Origin: an uncultured Gemmatimonadales bacterium | GTDB taxonomy: Bacteria; Gemmatimonadota; Gemmatimonadetes; Longimicrobiales; RSA9 | Length of the DNA: 64,000 nt | NCBI GenBank assembly: GCA_963816355.1 | Contig: CAWFKH010000003.1 | Span: 96,001-160,000, forward strand | Direction: 5' to 3' | In this document: piece by piece, positions 18,874 to 27,694 of the stretch | Numbering within the stretch: the first letter of the stretch is position 1 | Layout of the letters: each line of letters opens with the position of its first letter | The notes under the pieces: generated by a model | Told to the model about the DNA's origin: nothing | Database searches by the model: none | What the model saw: the letters and a program-made list of their open reading frames with translations, nothing else | Translations under genes and position numbers: made by a program

Positions 18874-21375
18874 TCAACCGTCGCGCGACTGGAGCCGGGA
18901 CAGCGCCTGGACGAGGTCCACGCCGCTGCCGAGCAGGCCGGCCCACGGATCGGAGCGCTGCGCCGCCAGCCTTCTCGGCATGCTCCGGATGGTGTAGTCC
19001 GCGAGGTCGAGCCGCCGCGTCACCTCGCTCCAGCGCAGCGGCGCCGAAACGGGGGCGCCGGGCAGGGGCCGCACGCTGAACGGCGCGACGAGAAGCTTGC
19101 CGTATCCGTTCTGCAGGTAGTCGACGTACACCTTCCCGCCGCGCCGCCGCACCGCGCGCGTGATCGTGCAGAGTCCGGGCAGCTGGGCGACGACGACGCG
19201 CGCCAGCAGCTCGCCGAGCATGCGCGCCTGCTCGTGCGTGCACAGCCCGCCGAGCGGGACGAGCACGTGGAGGCCGGTCGAGCCGCTCGTCTTGACGAAG
19301 ACCGGCAGCTCGGCGTCGTCGCAGATCCGGTGCAGCGCGCGCGCCACCTCGACGACGTGGGCGAAGGGCGCCTCCTTCGGATCGAGGTCGAGGATGCACC
19401 AGTCGGGTCGCTCGAGCGAACCGACGCGGCTCGACCAGATGTGGAGCGGTATGGACGCCATGTTGGCGAGGTAGGCGAGGCCGTCTTCGTCGTCGACGAC
19501 GAAGTAGCTCAGCTCGCGCTGCGAGTCCTCGCTCCACACCTTCACGCGCCGCAGCCACGCCGGCGCGAAGGCGGGCGCGTCCTTCTGGAAGAACGACTTG
19601 CCGTCGATCCCGTCGGGATAGCGTGTGAGGACGACCGGCCGGTCGCGCAGGTAGGGGAGCAGCGCCGGCGCCACCGAGCGGTAGTAGCCGACGAGGTCCG
19701 CCTTCGTGTAGCCCTCCCCGGGCCAGAACACCTTGTCGGGGTTGCTGATCGCGAGGCGTGGGGCGGCCGGCGCGTCCTCGCCGGCCGCCTCGACCGTGGG
19801 CGGCGCGGGAGAGGGCGGGTCCGGCGGAGCAGACCATTCGGGCGGCGCGGGCCCCAGCTCGAGCAGCACCGGCTGGCGCAGCAGCCCTTCCTGCGTCCAC
19901 TCCTTGTAGCGCACGCGCGCCCGCAGCGTCGGCTCGCACCAGACGCTGCCGCGGGTGGCGGACGCCGGCAAAGCGCCGACCACCGGCTCGGCGCGGCCGT
20001 TGCGCTCGATCTCCGCCTCCGCCCGCGCGAGCTGCGCCTGGTCGAGACCGCTCCCGACGCGGCCTGCGTACAGCCATTCACCGGCCGAGCGCGTCGCGAG
20101 GTGGAGCGAGCCGAGCCCGCCCGCGCGCGAGCCGCTCCCCTCCATGTAGCCGACCACGGCGAACGTGTCCGTGCGGTCGCTCCGCACCTTGATCCAGTCG
20201 GCGGAGCGGCGGCCGGCGCGGTACGGCGAATCCGCCCTCTTGGCGACGACGCCCTCGAGCCCCAGCCGCTCCACCTCGGCGTACAGCGCGCGCCCTCTCC
20301 GCTCCACGTGGTCCGAGTAGCGAACGGGTCCCGCGGCCGGCAGGAGCCGGCGCAGGAGCCGCTTGCGCTCGCGCAGCGGCAGCGGCCGCAGGTCGAAGCG
20401 GTCGAAGCCGAGCAGGTCGAACGCGTACAGCGTGGCGGGAAGCACGAGCGCCGCGCGCTCGATGTCGGTGGCGCGCCGGAGCTGCGCGCGTTGCTGCAGC
20501 CGCTGGAAGCTCGGCTTGCCGGCGTCGTCGTGCACGACCGCCTCGCCGTCGACGACGAAGCGCGGGCAGGGGAGGGCGGCGAGGGCGCGCGCGATCTCCG
20601 GGAAGCGCGCGGTCACGTCCGCGCCATTGCGCGTGCGCAGCGTCGCGAGGCCCTCCTCCACGCCCGCGACGATCCGCCAGCCGTCGTACTTCAGCTCGAA
20701 GATCCAGCCGTCGCGGTCGAACGGCTCCGGCCGCGGCTCGGCGAGCATCGGGCGCACGTCGGCGGCGGAGAGCGCGCGGCGCGGGGCGTCGAGCGCGTCC
20801 AGCGCCGCCTCGATCTCGGCGGCGCGGTCGGCGCCGGAGCCGAGCTCCTCGAGCGTGAGGCCGGAGAGGACCGAGGCCTCGTCGAAGTCGTCGCGGCCCG
20901 CCCCCTCGAGCGCGTCGCGCTCCTTGATAAGCAGCCAGTCGTTCTCCGACTTGCGGATCTTCACCAGCGTCCAGCGGCCACGCAGCTTGTAGCCGCGGAG
21001 GTCGAAGAGGAGCTTCCCTTTCTCGAGCCCTTCTTCGGCGTCCCCGACCGGCTCCCAGACCCCGCGATCCCACACGATCACGGCGCCCGCGCCGTAGTTG
21101 CCGGCGGGGATGACCCCCTCGAAATCAGCGTACTCGACCGGGTGGTCCTCGACGTGGATCGCGACGCGCTTGTTCGCCTGCTCGTACGACGGCCCCTTCG
21201 GCACCGCCCACGAGACGAGCACACCGCCCAGCTCGAGGCGGAAGTCGTAGTGGAGCCGCCGCGCCGCGTGCTTCTGGACGACGAAGCGACGTCCGCCGGC
21301 CGGCGCGACGACGCCCGCCGGCTCCGGCGTCGCGTCGCGCAATCGTTTGGCGCGGTACTTCCCCAGCGGGTCCAT
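18874..21375 (-). CDS. ligD: NHEJ DNA ligase D (phosphoesterase-ligase-polymerase)
   Basis: FVVQKHAARRLHYDFRLE (PE domain), ELKYDG (ligase), SNPDKVFWP..RYPDG..FFQK..LDLDP..KTSG..GLH (polymerase). Confidence 0.97.
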   Translation of the reverse strand: MDPLGKYRAKRLRDATPEPAGVVAPAGGRRFVVQKHAARRLHYDFRLELGGVLVSWAVPKGPSYEQANKRVAIHVEDHPVEYADFEGVIPAGNYGAGAVIVWDRGVWEPVGDAEEGLEKGKLLFDLRGYKLRGRWTLVKIRKSENDWLLIKERDALEGAGRDDFDEASVLSGLTLEELGSGADRAAEIEAALDALDAPRRALSAADVRPMLAEPRPEPFDRDGWIFELKYDGWRIVAGVEEGLATLRTRNGADVTARFPEIARALAALPCPRFVVDGEAVVHDDAGKPSFQRLQQRAQLRRATDIERAALVLPATLYAFDLLGFDRFDLRPLPLRERKRLLRRLLPAAGPVRYSDHVERRGRALYAEVERLGLEGVVAKRADSPYRAGRRSADWIKVRSDRTDTFAVVGYMEGSGSRAGGLGSLHLATRSAGEWLYAGRVGSGLDQAQLARAEAEIERNGRAEPVVGALPASATRGSVWCEPTLRARVRYKEWTQEGLLRQPVLLELGPAPPEWSAPPDPPSPAPPTVEAAGEDAPAAPRLAISNPDKVFWPGEGYTKADLVGYYRSVAPALLPYLRDRPVVLTRYPDGIDGKSFFQKDAPAFAPAWLRRVKVWSEDSQRELSYFVVDDEDGLAYLANMASIPLHIWSSRVGSLERPDWCILDLDPKEAPFAHVVEVARALHRICDDAELPVFVKTSGSTGLHVLVPLGGLCTHEQARMLGELLARVVVAQLPGLCTITRAVRRRGGKVYVDYLQNGYGKLLVAPFSVRPLPGAPVSAPLRWSEVTRRLDLADYTIRSMPRRLAAQRSDPWAGLLGSGVDLVQALSRLQSRDG

Positions 21376-21543
21376 CGCCCTCCCTCGCGTTCCACTTCCG
21401 AGCGGACCTCTTTTTACGCGCCCCGGGCCGCGGAGGGCAAGTGGCAGACGGAGCCCGGCATGCGCGAGAGCATTGACGCAAGCCGAAGCTTCGTCGCATC
21501 TTCGGGATCCTCCCAACCAACACGGTGAACGGGCTCGGGAAAC

Positions 21544-22431
21544 ATGGCGGCACGCGCTATCGGATCGGCATCGATCGCCTTCGGCCTGGTGTCGGTGCCG
21601 GTCAAGCTGTATTCGGCGGCGGATACGTCCGGCAGCATCTCCTTCAACTGGATCCACAAGGATTGCGGGTCGCGGCTGAAGCAGCAGTACATCTGCGCGA
21701 AGGAGGGCACGGCCGTCGAGCGCGACGACATGGTGAAGGGCTACGAGTTCACCAAGGGCCAGTACGTCCTCTTCTCGCCCGAAGAGCTGAAGGCGCTCGA
21801 GGAACAGGGGACGAGCACGATCGACATCGCCGAGTTCGTTCCCGCCGACCAGGTCGACCCGATCTACCTCGACCGCACCTACTACCTGGGACCGGACAAG
21901 GGCGGCGACCGCGCCTACCACCTGCTCTCCGCCGCACTCAAGGAGACCGGCCTGGCGGCCCTCGCGCGCTACGCGGCCCGCGGCAAGCAGTACCTGGTCC
22001 TCGTCCGCCCGAAGGACGGCGGACTCGTCATGGAGCAGCTCCACTACGCCGACGAGGTGCGCTCCTTCGACGAAGTGCCGCTCGGCCGCGGCGACGTGAA
22101 GAAGGAGGAGCTGAAGCTCGCCACGCAACTCGTGAAGCAGGCCGCCACCGACACCTTCGATCCCACGCCCTTCAAGGACGAGGTGCGCGAGCGCGTCCTC
22201 GACCTCATCCAGCGCAAGGTCGAGGGCGAGGACATCACCGAGATCGCCGCACCGGAGCCCCAGGCCCAGATCATCGACCTCATGGCCGCCCTCAAGGCGT
22301 CGCTCGCCAGGAACGAGGGCAAGCCCGCCGCCCGCAAGGCGCCGCGCCGCGCCGCCTCCCGCAAGAAGGGTGAGACGGAGGAGGGAGCCGCCCCCAGGTC
22401 GCGCCGTCGCAAGGCCGGAGGCGAGAAGTAG
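21544..22431 (+). CDS. ku: NHEJ Ku protein
   Basis: IAFGLVSVPVKLYSA, VKGYE, YYLGP, IIDLMAALKASL and basic tail; divergent from ligD. Confidence 0.97.
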   Translation: MAARAIGSASIAFGLVSVPVKLYSAADTSGSISFNWIHKDCGSRLKQQYICAKEGTAVERDDMVKGYEFTKGQYVLFSPEELKALEEQGTSTIDIAEFVPADQVDPIYLDRTYYLGPDKGGDRAYHLLSAALKETGLAALARYAARGKQYLVLVRPKDGGLVMEQLHYADEVRSFDEVPLGRGDVKKEELKLATQLVKQAATDTFDPTPFKDEVRERVLDLIQRKVEGEDITEIAAPEPQAQIIDLMAALKASLARNEGKPAARKAPRRAASRKKGETEEGAAPRSRRRKAGGEK

Positions 22432-22444
22432 CGCCAGGCCCGCG

Positions 22445-23272
22445 ATGAAGGGGTACACGACGCGGGATGTCGCCGAGCTCATCGGCCTCTCGCCTTCGCG
22501 CATCCGCGCGTACGCCCGCGCCGGCCTCCTCGACGCCGTACGCCAGGGCCGCGAGTACCGCTACTCCTTCCAGGACCTCGTCCTGCTCCGCACCGCGCGC
22601 GGCCTCGAGCAGGCCGACGTCCCCGTCCGCACCATCCGGCGCGTCCTCGGACGCCTCCGCGACCGTCTGCCTCGCGGGCGCGCCCTCACCGAGCTGCGCA
22701 TCACCGCCGTCGGGGGCGACGTCCTCGTGCAGGACCGGAGCGGCGCCTGGAACCCCGAGTCCGGCCAGATCCAGCTCGACTTCACCGTCTCCGACCTCGC
22801 CGCCGACGCCGCTCCGCTCGTGCGCGCCTTCCCCTCGCCGCGCTCGGCGGCGCCCGACTACGGCGCCGACGACTGGTACGACCTCGCCCTCGACCTCGAG
22901 GCGCACGACGCCGACCAGGCCCGCACCGCCTACGAACGCGCCCTCGAAGCGGATCCCGAGCACCCCGACGCCCACGTCAATCTCGGCCGCCTCCTCCACG
23001 AGCGCGGCCGCCTCGACGCCGCCGAGGCGCACTACCGTCGCGCCCTCGCCCGCAACCCCCGCCACACCACCGCCTGGTTCAACCTCGGCGTCGTCCTCGA
23101 GGATGCCGGCCGTGCCGACGACGCCGCCTCCGCCTACGACCGCGCCCTCGACCTCGATCCCACCCTCGCCGACGCCCACTACAACCTCTCCCGCCTCTAC
23201 GAGCGCCGCGGCGACCGCCCCGCCGCCCTCCGCCACCTGCATCGCTACAGAGACCTCGTGAGCGGCCCGTAA
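22445..23272 (+). CDS. MerR-type HTH + TPR repeat protein
   Basis: YTTRDVAELIGLS..RYSFQDLVLLR (MerR HTH), GQIQLDF linker, TPR repeats (AHVNLG, AWFNLG, AHYNL). Confidence 0.88.
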   Translation: MKGYTTRDVAELIGLSPSRIRAYARAGLLDAVRQGREYRYSFQDLVLLRTARGLEQADVPVRTIRRVLGRLRDRLPRGRALTELRITAVGGDVLVQDRSGAWNPESGQIQLDFTVSDLAADAAPLVRAFPSPRSAAPDYGADDWYDLALDLEAHDADQARTAYERALEADPEHPDAHVNLGRLLHERGRLDAAEAHYRRALARNPRHTTAWFNLGVVLEDAGRADDAASAYDRALDLDPTLADAHYNLSRLYERRGDRPAALRHLHRYRDLVSGP

Positions 23273-23398
23273 GGAATTCCCCCACCCCTTTTTCCACCTT
23301 CCCCCGACGTATTTTTCCTTTCCCCCCCGACAGCCCGCACCCGCCCGAGAAGGCACCTTACGCATGCGAATTGGACGCGACGGCGGCTGCACAGGAGG

Positions 23399-24748
23399 AT
23401 GGCGGTGGATCGCTCGAATCAGCGTGGCGGTGGAAATCCCTCGGATGGCGCAGCGCTTCCGGACGGCGGCGCCCCCGCGGCGGATGCCCCCTCGACAAGC
23501 GGCGCCCTCGCGGCGGATCGCGCCCCCTCGACAAGCGGCGCGCTCTCGGCGGATCGCGCGCGCGGGTCAGGCGGCCGTCCAGCGGGAGCGGCCGGCATGC
23601 ATCCGGGCGCGATCGACTTCGCGCAGTCGCCCTTCCTGGTGATCTGGGAGACGACGCAGGCGTGCGATCTCGCGTGCAAGCACTGCAGGGCGGAGGCACA
23701 GCCGAATCGGCATCCGGACGAGCTGACGACGGCGGAGGCGAAACGGCTGCTGGAGGATGTGCGGCGCTTCGGCCCGATCATCTTCGTCTTCTCGGGCGGC
23801 GACGCGCTGAAGCGGCCCGACATCGTCGAGCTGGTGCGGCACGGCGCGGATCTGGGGCTGCGCATGGCGATCACGCCGGCGACGACGCCGCTCGCCACGC
23901 GCGAGAAGCTGCAGGAGCTGAAGGACGCCGGGCTGGCGCGGCTCGCGGTGAGCCTCGACGGCTCGCACCCCGGCATCCACGACGAATTCCGCCGCGTCGC
24001 CGGCTCCTTCGAACACGGCCGGCGGATCCTGCGGACGGCGCAGGAGATCGGACTCTCGACGCAGGTGAACACCGTCGTCGCCAAGCACAATCTGGACGAT
24101 CTCGAGGCGCTGATCGCGCTGATGACGGAGCTCGGCATCGTCTTCTGGGAAGTGTTCCTCCTCGTGCCGATGGGACGTGCGCGGCCGGAGGACGTCGCAT
24201 CGGCGGAGGAGTTCGAGGCGGTCTTCAACCGTCTCTACGACCTCTCGAAGACGGCGCCGTTCGACATCAAGGCGACCGCCGCCCCGCAGTACTCGCGCGT
24301 CGTGCTGCAGCGCAAGGTCGCCGAGCGTCGCGCCGGCCGGCGCGGCGAGGCGGCCGACGTGCTGACCGACGGCGTCGCCCACTCGCTGAAGGACGGAATC
24401 GGCCGCGCCCGCGGCGTCAACGACGGCGATGGCTTCCTGTTCGTCAGCCACACCGGCGAGATCTTCCCCTCCGGGTTCCTGCCGGTGAGCGCGGGCAACG
24501 TGCGGACCGACGACCTGGTCGAGGTCTACCGCACCGCGCCGCTCTTCCTCGCGCTCCGCGACCGCGACCTCTTCACCGGCAAGTGCGGCGTGTGCGAGTA
24601 CCTGTCGGTGTGCGGTGGCAGCCGCGCCCGCGCCTACGCCGTCACCGGCGACTACCTTGCCGCCGAGCCGTTCTGCGCGCACGTGCCGCGGCGCTGGAAC
24701 CCACGCAAGCAGCCGCTGCCGATGTACGGCGGCGTCGAAGCCCGGTGA
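23399..24748 (+). CDS. Radical SAM/SPASM protein, TIGR04053-like (NirJ/Ahb-related); alternative start ATG near 23597
   Basis: IWETTQACDLACKHC, VSLDG, GRA, VNDG.GF.FVSH.G, GKCGVCEY..VCGGSRARA..EPFC. Confidence 0.9.
   Translation: MAVDRSNQRGGGNPSDGAALPDGGAPAADAPSTSGALAADRAPSTSGALSADRARGSGGRPAGAAGMHPGAIDFAQSPFLVIWETTQACDLACKHCRAEAQPNRHPDELTTAEAKRLLEDVRRFGPIIFVFSGGDALKRPDIVELVRHGADLGLRMAITPATTPLATREKLQELKDAGLARLAVSLDGSHPGIHDEFRRVAGSFEHGRRILRTAQEIGLSTQVNTVVAKHNLDDLEALIALMTELGIVFWEVFLLVPMGRARPEDVASAEEFEAVFNRLYDLSKTAPFDIKATAAPQYSRVVLQRKVAERRAGRRGEAADVLTDGVAHSLKDGIGRARGVNDGDGFLFVSHTGEIFPSGFLPVSAGNVRTDDLVEVYRTAPLFLALRDRDLFTGKCGVCEYLSVCGGSRARAYAVTGDYLAAEPFCAHVPRRWNPRKQPLPMYGGVEAR
23486..23557 (+). 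repeat. 36-bp tandem duplication (2 copies) in the radical SAM 5' extension
   Basis: GCCCCCTCGACAAGCGGCGCCCTCGCGGCGGATCGC repeated with 2 mismatches (APSTSGALAADR / APSTSGALSADR). Confidence 0.85.
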
Positions 24749-26769
24749 GCATCGCCCGGCCCGTTCATCCCCCTGGCGCCCATGCGTCGTTGGCGAGCGC
24801 GGCCGGCTGTCACGGCGGTGCGGTCGTCGCGCCGGTGCCGGGGGCGTTGCGCGTCGCGCTGATCGGCACGCCGAACGTCGGCAAGAGCGCGCTCTTCAAC
24901 CGCATCACGTCCTCCTACGTGACCGTCTCGAACTTCCCGGGCACCTCGGTCGAGGTGGCGCGCGGAGCGGGCCGTGCGGGCGAGACGGCGCTCGAGGTGA
25001 TCGACACGCCGGGCATCTACTCGCTGCTGCCCTCGAGCGAGGAGGAGCGCGTCACGCAACGCGTCGCGATCCGCGCCGAGGCGGATGTCTTCGTCCACGT
25101 CGCTGACGCGAAGGGCGTGGACCGCATGCTGCCGCTCACGCTGCAGCTCGCCGAGCTCGGCCGGCCGCTCGTCCTCGCGCTCAACATGATCGACGAGGCG
25201 CGCGCGGCCGGGATCGAGATCGACACGGCCCTCCTCGCGCGCCGGCTCGGCGCGCCGGTGGTGGCGACGAGCGCGGTGAGCGGCGAAGGCGTGGCGCGTC
25301 TGCTCGACGAGGTGCGCACCGCGCCGGGCTCGGCGCCGCCGCAGCTTCCGCCCTACGCGAACGGCGTGGGCGAGGCGATCGAATCCGTGCGCGCCGGACT
25401 GGTGGGGGAGTACGTCGTGGAGCCGGGCGCCCTCGCGGCGCTGGCGCTGCAGGGCGACGAGGCCGCGCTCGCCGCGATCGCGGCGGCGGAGCCGGACGGG
25501 GGCGAAGCGGCGCGTGCGGCGCTGGGCCGCGGCGCGGACGCGCTCGGTCGCGCCGTCGTCTACCGCCTGGCGTTCGAGCGGCGGCGTACCGCGGAGGCGC
25601 TGCTGGACGACGTCGTCCGCGACGAGCGACGCGGCAGCCGCGGCCGCGACGCGCTCGGCCGGCTGCTCGCGCGGCCGCTGACGGGGCTGCCGGTGCTGGC
25701 GCTCGTGATCTACCTCGGCCTGTACAAGTTCGTCGGCCAGTTCGGCGCCGGCACGCTGGTCGACTGGATCGAGGGTCCGCTCTTCGAGGCGCGCATCAAT
25801 CCGGCCTTCGAGCGGCTGTTCGCGCACGTGCCGTGGGAGGCGGTGCGCGCGCTCTTCGTCGGCGACTACGGCGTGCTGACGCTCGGCATCCGCTACGCGA
25901 TCGCGCTCATCCTGCCGGTCGTCGGCACCTTCTTCGTCTTCTTCTCGGTGCTCGAGGACTCCGGCTACTTTCCGCGCCTCGCGTTGCTCGTCGACCGCGT
26001 GTTCAAGCGCATCGGGCTCTCCGGACGTGCCGTGATTCCGATGGTGCTCGGCTTCGCCTGCGACACCATGGCGACGATGGTGACGCGCACGCTCGAGACG
26101 AAGCGCGAGCGCGTCCTCGCCACGCTCCTGCTCGCGCTCGCCATCCCCTGTTCGGCGCAGCTCGGCGTCATCCTCGCCATCCTCGCCGTCAATCCGCTGG
26201 CGCTCGGCGTCTGGAGCATCGCGATGCTCGGCACCTTCCTGCTCGTGGGCGTGCTGACCGCGAAGGTGCTTCCCGGCGAGGCGCCGGCGTTCCACATGGA
26301 GCTGCCGCCGTTGCGCTGGCCGCGCGCGGGCAACGTGCTCATGAAGACGTACACGCGCATGCACTGGTACTTCCTCGAGGTGCTGCCGCTCTTCCTCTTC
26401 GCGAGCGTGCTGCTCTGGGCCGGCGATCAGACCGGTCTCCTGAAGGTCGCGATCTCCGGTCTCGCGCCCCTCGTGCACCTCCTCGGTCTGCCCGCGCAGA
26501 CCGCGTCCGTCTTCCTCTTCGGCTTTTTCCGCCGCGACTACGGCGCCGCCGGCCTCTTCGACCTGCAGCGTCAGGGCCTGCTCGACACCACGCAGATCAC
26601 CGTCGCCGCCGTCACGCTCACGCTCTTCGTGCCCTGCATCGCCCAGTTCCTGATGATGATCCGCGAGCGCGGGGTGAAGACCGCGCTCGGGATGCTCGCC
26701 TTCATCACCCCCTTCGCCTTCGGCGTCGGGTTCGCGCTCAACCTCCTGCTGCGGGGGCTCGGATGGTGA
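24745..26769 (+). CDS. feoB: Ferrous iron transporter B
   Basis: GTPNVGKS, SNFPGTSV, DTPGIY, NMIDE, LEDSGY.PR, GFAC, IPCSAQ, MELP, LFVPCIA. Confidence 0.96.
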   Translation: MSIARPVHPPGAHASLASAAGCHGGAVVAPVPGALRVALIGTPNVGKSALFNRITSSYVTVSNFPGTSVEVARGAGRAGETALEVIDTPGIYSLLPSSEEERVTQRVAIRAEADVFVHVADAKGVDRMLPLTLQLAELGRPLVLALNMIDEARAAGIEIDTALLARRLGAPVVATSAVSGEGVARLLDEVRTAPGSAPPQLPPYANGVGEAIESVRAGLVGEYVVEPGALAALALQGDEAALAAIAAAEPDGGEAARAALGRGADALGRAVVYRLAFERRRTAEALLDDVVRDERRGSRGRDALGRLLARPLTGLPVLALVIYLGLYKFVGQFGAGTLVDWIEGPLFEARINPAFERLFAHVPWEAVRALFVGDYGVLTLGIRYAIALILPVVGTFFVFFSVLEDSGYFPRLALLVDRVFKRIGLSGRAVIPMVLGFACDTMATMVTRTLETKRERVLATLLLALAIPCSAQLGVILAILAVNPLALGVWSIAMLGTFLLVGVLTAKVLPGEAPAFHMELPPLRWPRAGNVLMKTYTRMHWYFLEVLPLFLFASVLLWAGDQTGLLKVAISGLAPLVHLLGLPAQTASVFLFGFFRRDYGAAGLFDLQRQGLLDTTQITVAAVTLTLFVPCIAQFLMMIRERGVKTALGMLAFITPFAFGVGFALNLLLRGLGW

Positions 26770-27122
26770 TACACGTGGCTTTGCCGATCGCGGTCGACGT
26801 CGCCACGGACGCCGCCGCGATCTCCTCGACCCCGCTCGCCGTGACGCCGCCCCTCGCCGGCCGAGCGGCGCCGGACGCCCGGGGAGCGGTGGCGGACGGC
26901 CGGGGCGCGGCGCCGGACGGCCGGGGAGCCCTCCTCGTGTGCGGCCTGTGCGGCCGCGGGTTCCGCGAGGATTCCGGCCAGCCCACCTGTCTCGGCTGCC
27001 CGCTCGCAGGAAGCTGCCACTTCCTCCGCTGTCCCCACTGCGGCTTCGAGAACCCCGTCATGCCCGGCTGGCTCGCGCGCGTGAAGGGGTGGTTCGCGCA
27101 CCGCGTCGACAGCGACGAATAG
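26763..27122 (+). CDS. Small Cys-rich FeoB-associated protein
   Basis: CGLC...CLGCPLAGSC....CPHCGFE (7 Cys) between feoB and feoA, overlapping the feoB stop. Confidence 0.75.
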   Translation: MVIHVALPIAVDVATDAAAISSTPLAVTPPLAGRAAPDARGAVADGRGAAPDGRGALLVCGLCGRGFREDSGQPTCLGCPLAGSCHFLRCPHCGFENPVMPGWLARVKGWFAHRVDSDE

Positions 27123-27138
27123 ACCGCGTGAGGCGCCG

Positions 27139-27483
27139 ATGAAGAACTTCTCCCGTTACGTGCTCGAACGGCTGCGAGGCCGTCGCGCGGGCACCTGGGG
27201 CGCCGCGTGCCGCGCGGGCGCGCCGCTGCCGGAGTCGCGCTGCACCTCTCTCGACTGCGACTCGGTCTCGCTCACCGCGATGCGCGTCGGCGCCGCCGGC
27301 ACGATCTCGTGCCTGCAGGAGCCCGAGAGCCGCGCAGTCCGCACCCTCGTCGCGATGGGCGTCCTCCCCGGCGTCGATATCCTTCTCGTCCAGACCTACC
27401 CGGCGTTCGTCTTCCGCCTCGGACGCGCCGAGTTCGCCATCGACGCCACCCTAGCCGACCACATCCGCGTCTACCCCGCCTAA
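27139..27483 (+). CDS. feoA: FeoA family protein
   Basis: LTAMRVG..G.I...RTLVAMGVLPG.....AIDATLADHIRV. Confidence 0.88.
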   Translation: MKNFSRYVLERLRGRRAGTWGAACRAGAPLPESRCTSLDCDSVSLTAMRVGAAGTISCLQEPESRAVRTLVAMGVLPGVDILLVQTYPAFVFRLGRAEFAIDATLADHIRVYPA

Positions 27484-27500
27484 GAGCCCCCCGTCCCGCC

Positions 27501-27565
27501 GTCCAATCCCGCAGTCCAATCCCGCAGTCCAATCCCGCAGTCCAATCCCGCAGTCCAATCCCGCA
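27501..27565 (+). repeat. Perfect tandem repeat (GTCCAATCCCGCA) x5
   Basis: Five identical 13-mers directly after the feoA stop, no spacers. Confidence 0.95.
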
Positions 27566-27694
27566 GCCCTCGCAGCTCCCACGCCACCCTGGACACCACC
27601 GTCCGAACTCCTTATCTAATAAGCAGAAGGACGCTTCCTCCCCGTTCGTCCTCGTTCGACAGTTCATCCCCGCCAAACGCACCGCAGGAGGCCC

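Noticed and set aside
18874..22503. 1209-aa extended LigD
   Set aside because: The extension is the antisense shadow of ku; LigD homology starts at 21375.
23371..26769. 1132-aa extended FeoB
   Set aside because: The upstream part is an alternative frame over the radical SAM gene; FeoB starts at about 24745.
27501..27565. Possible CRISPR array
   Set aside because: Units are 13 bp, directly adjacent with no spacers, and there are no cas genes.
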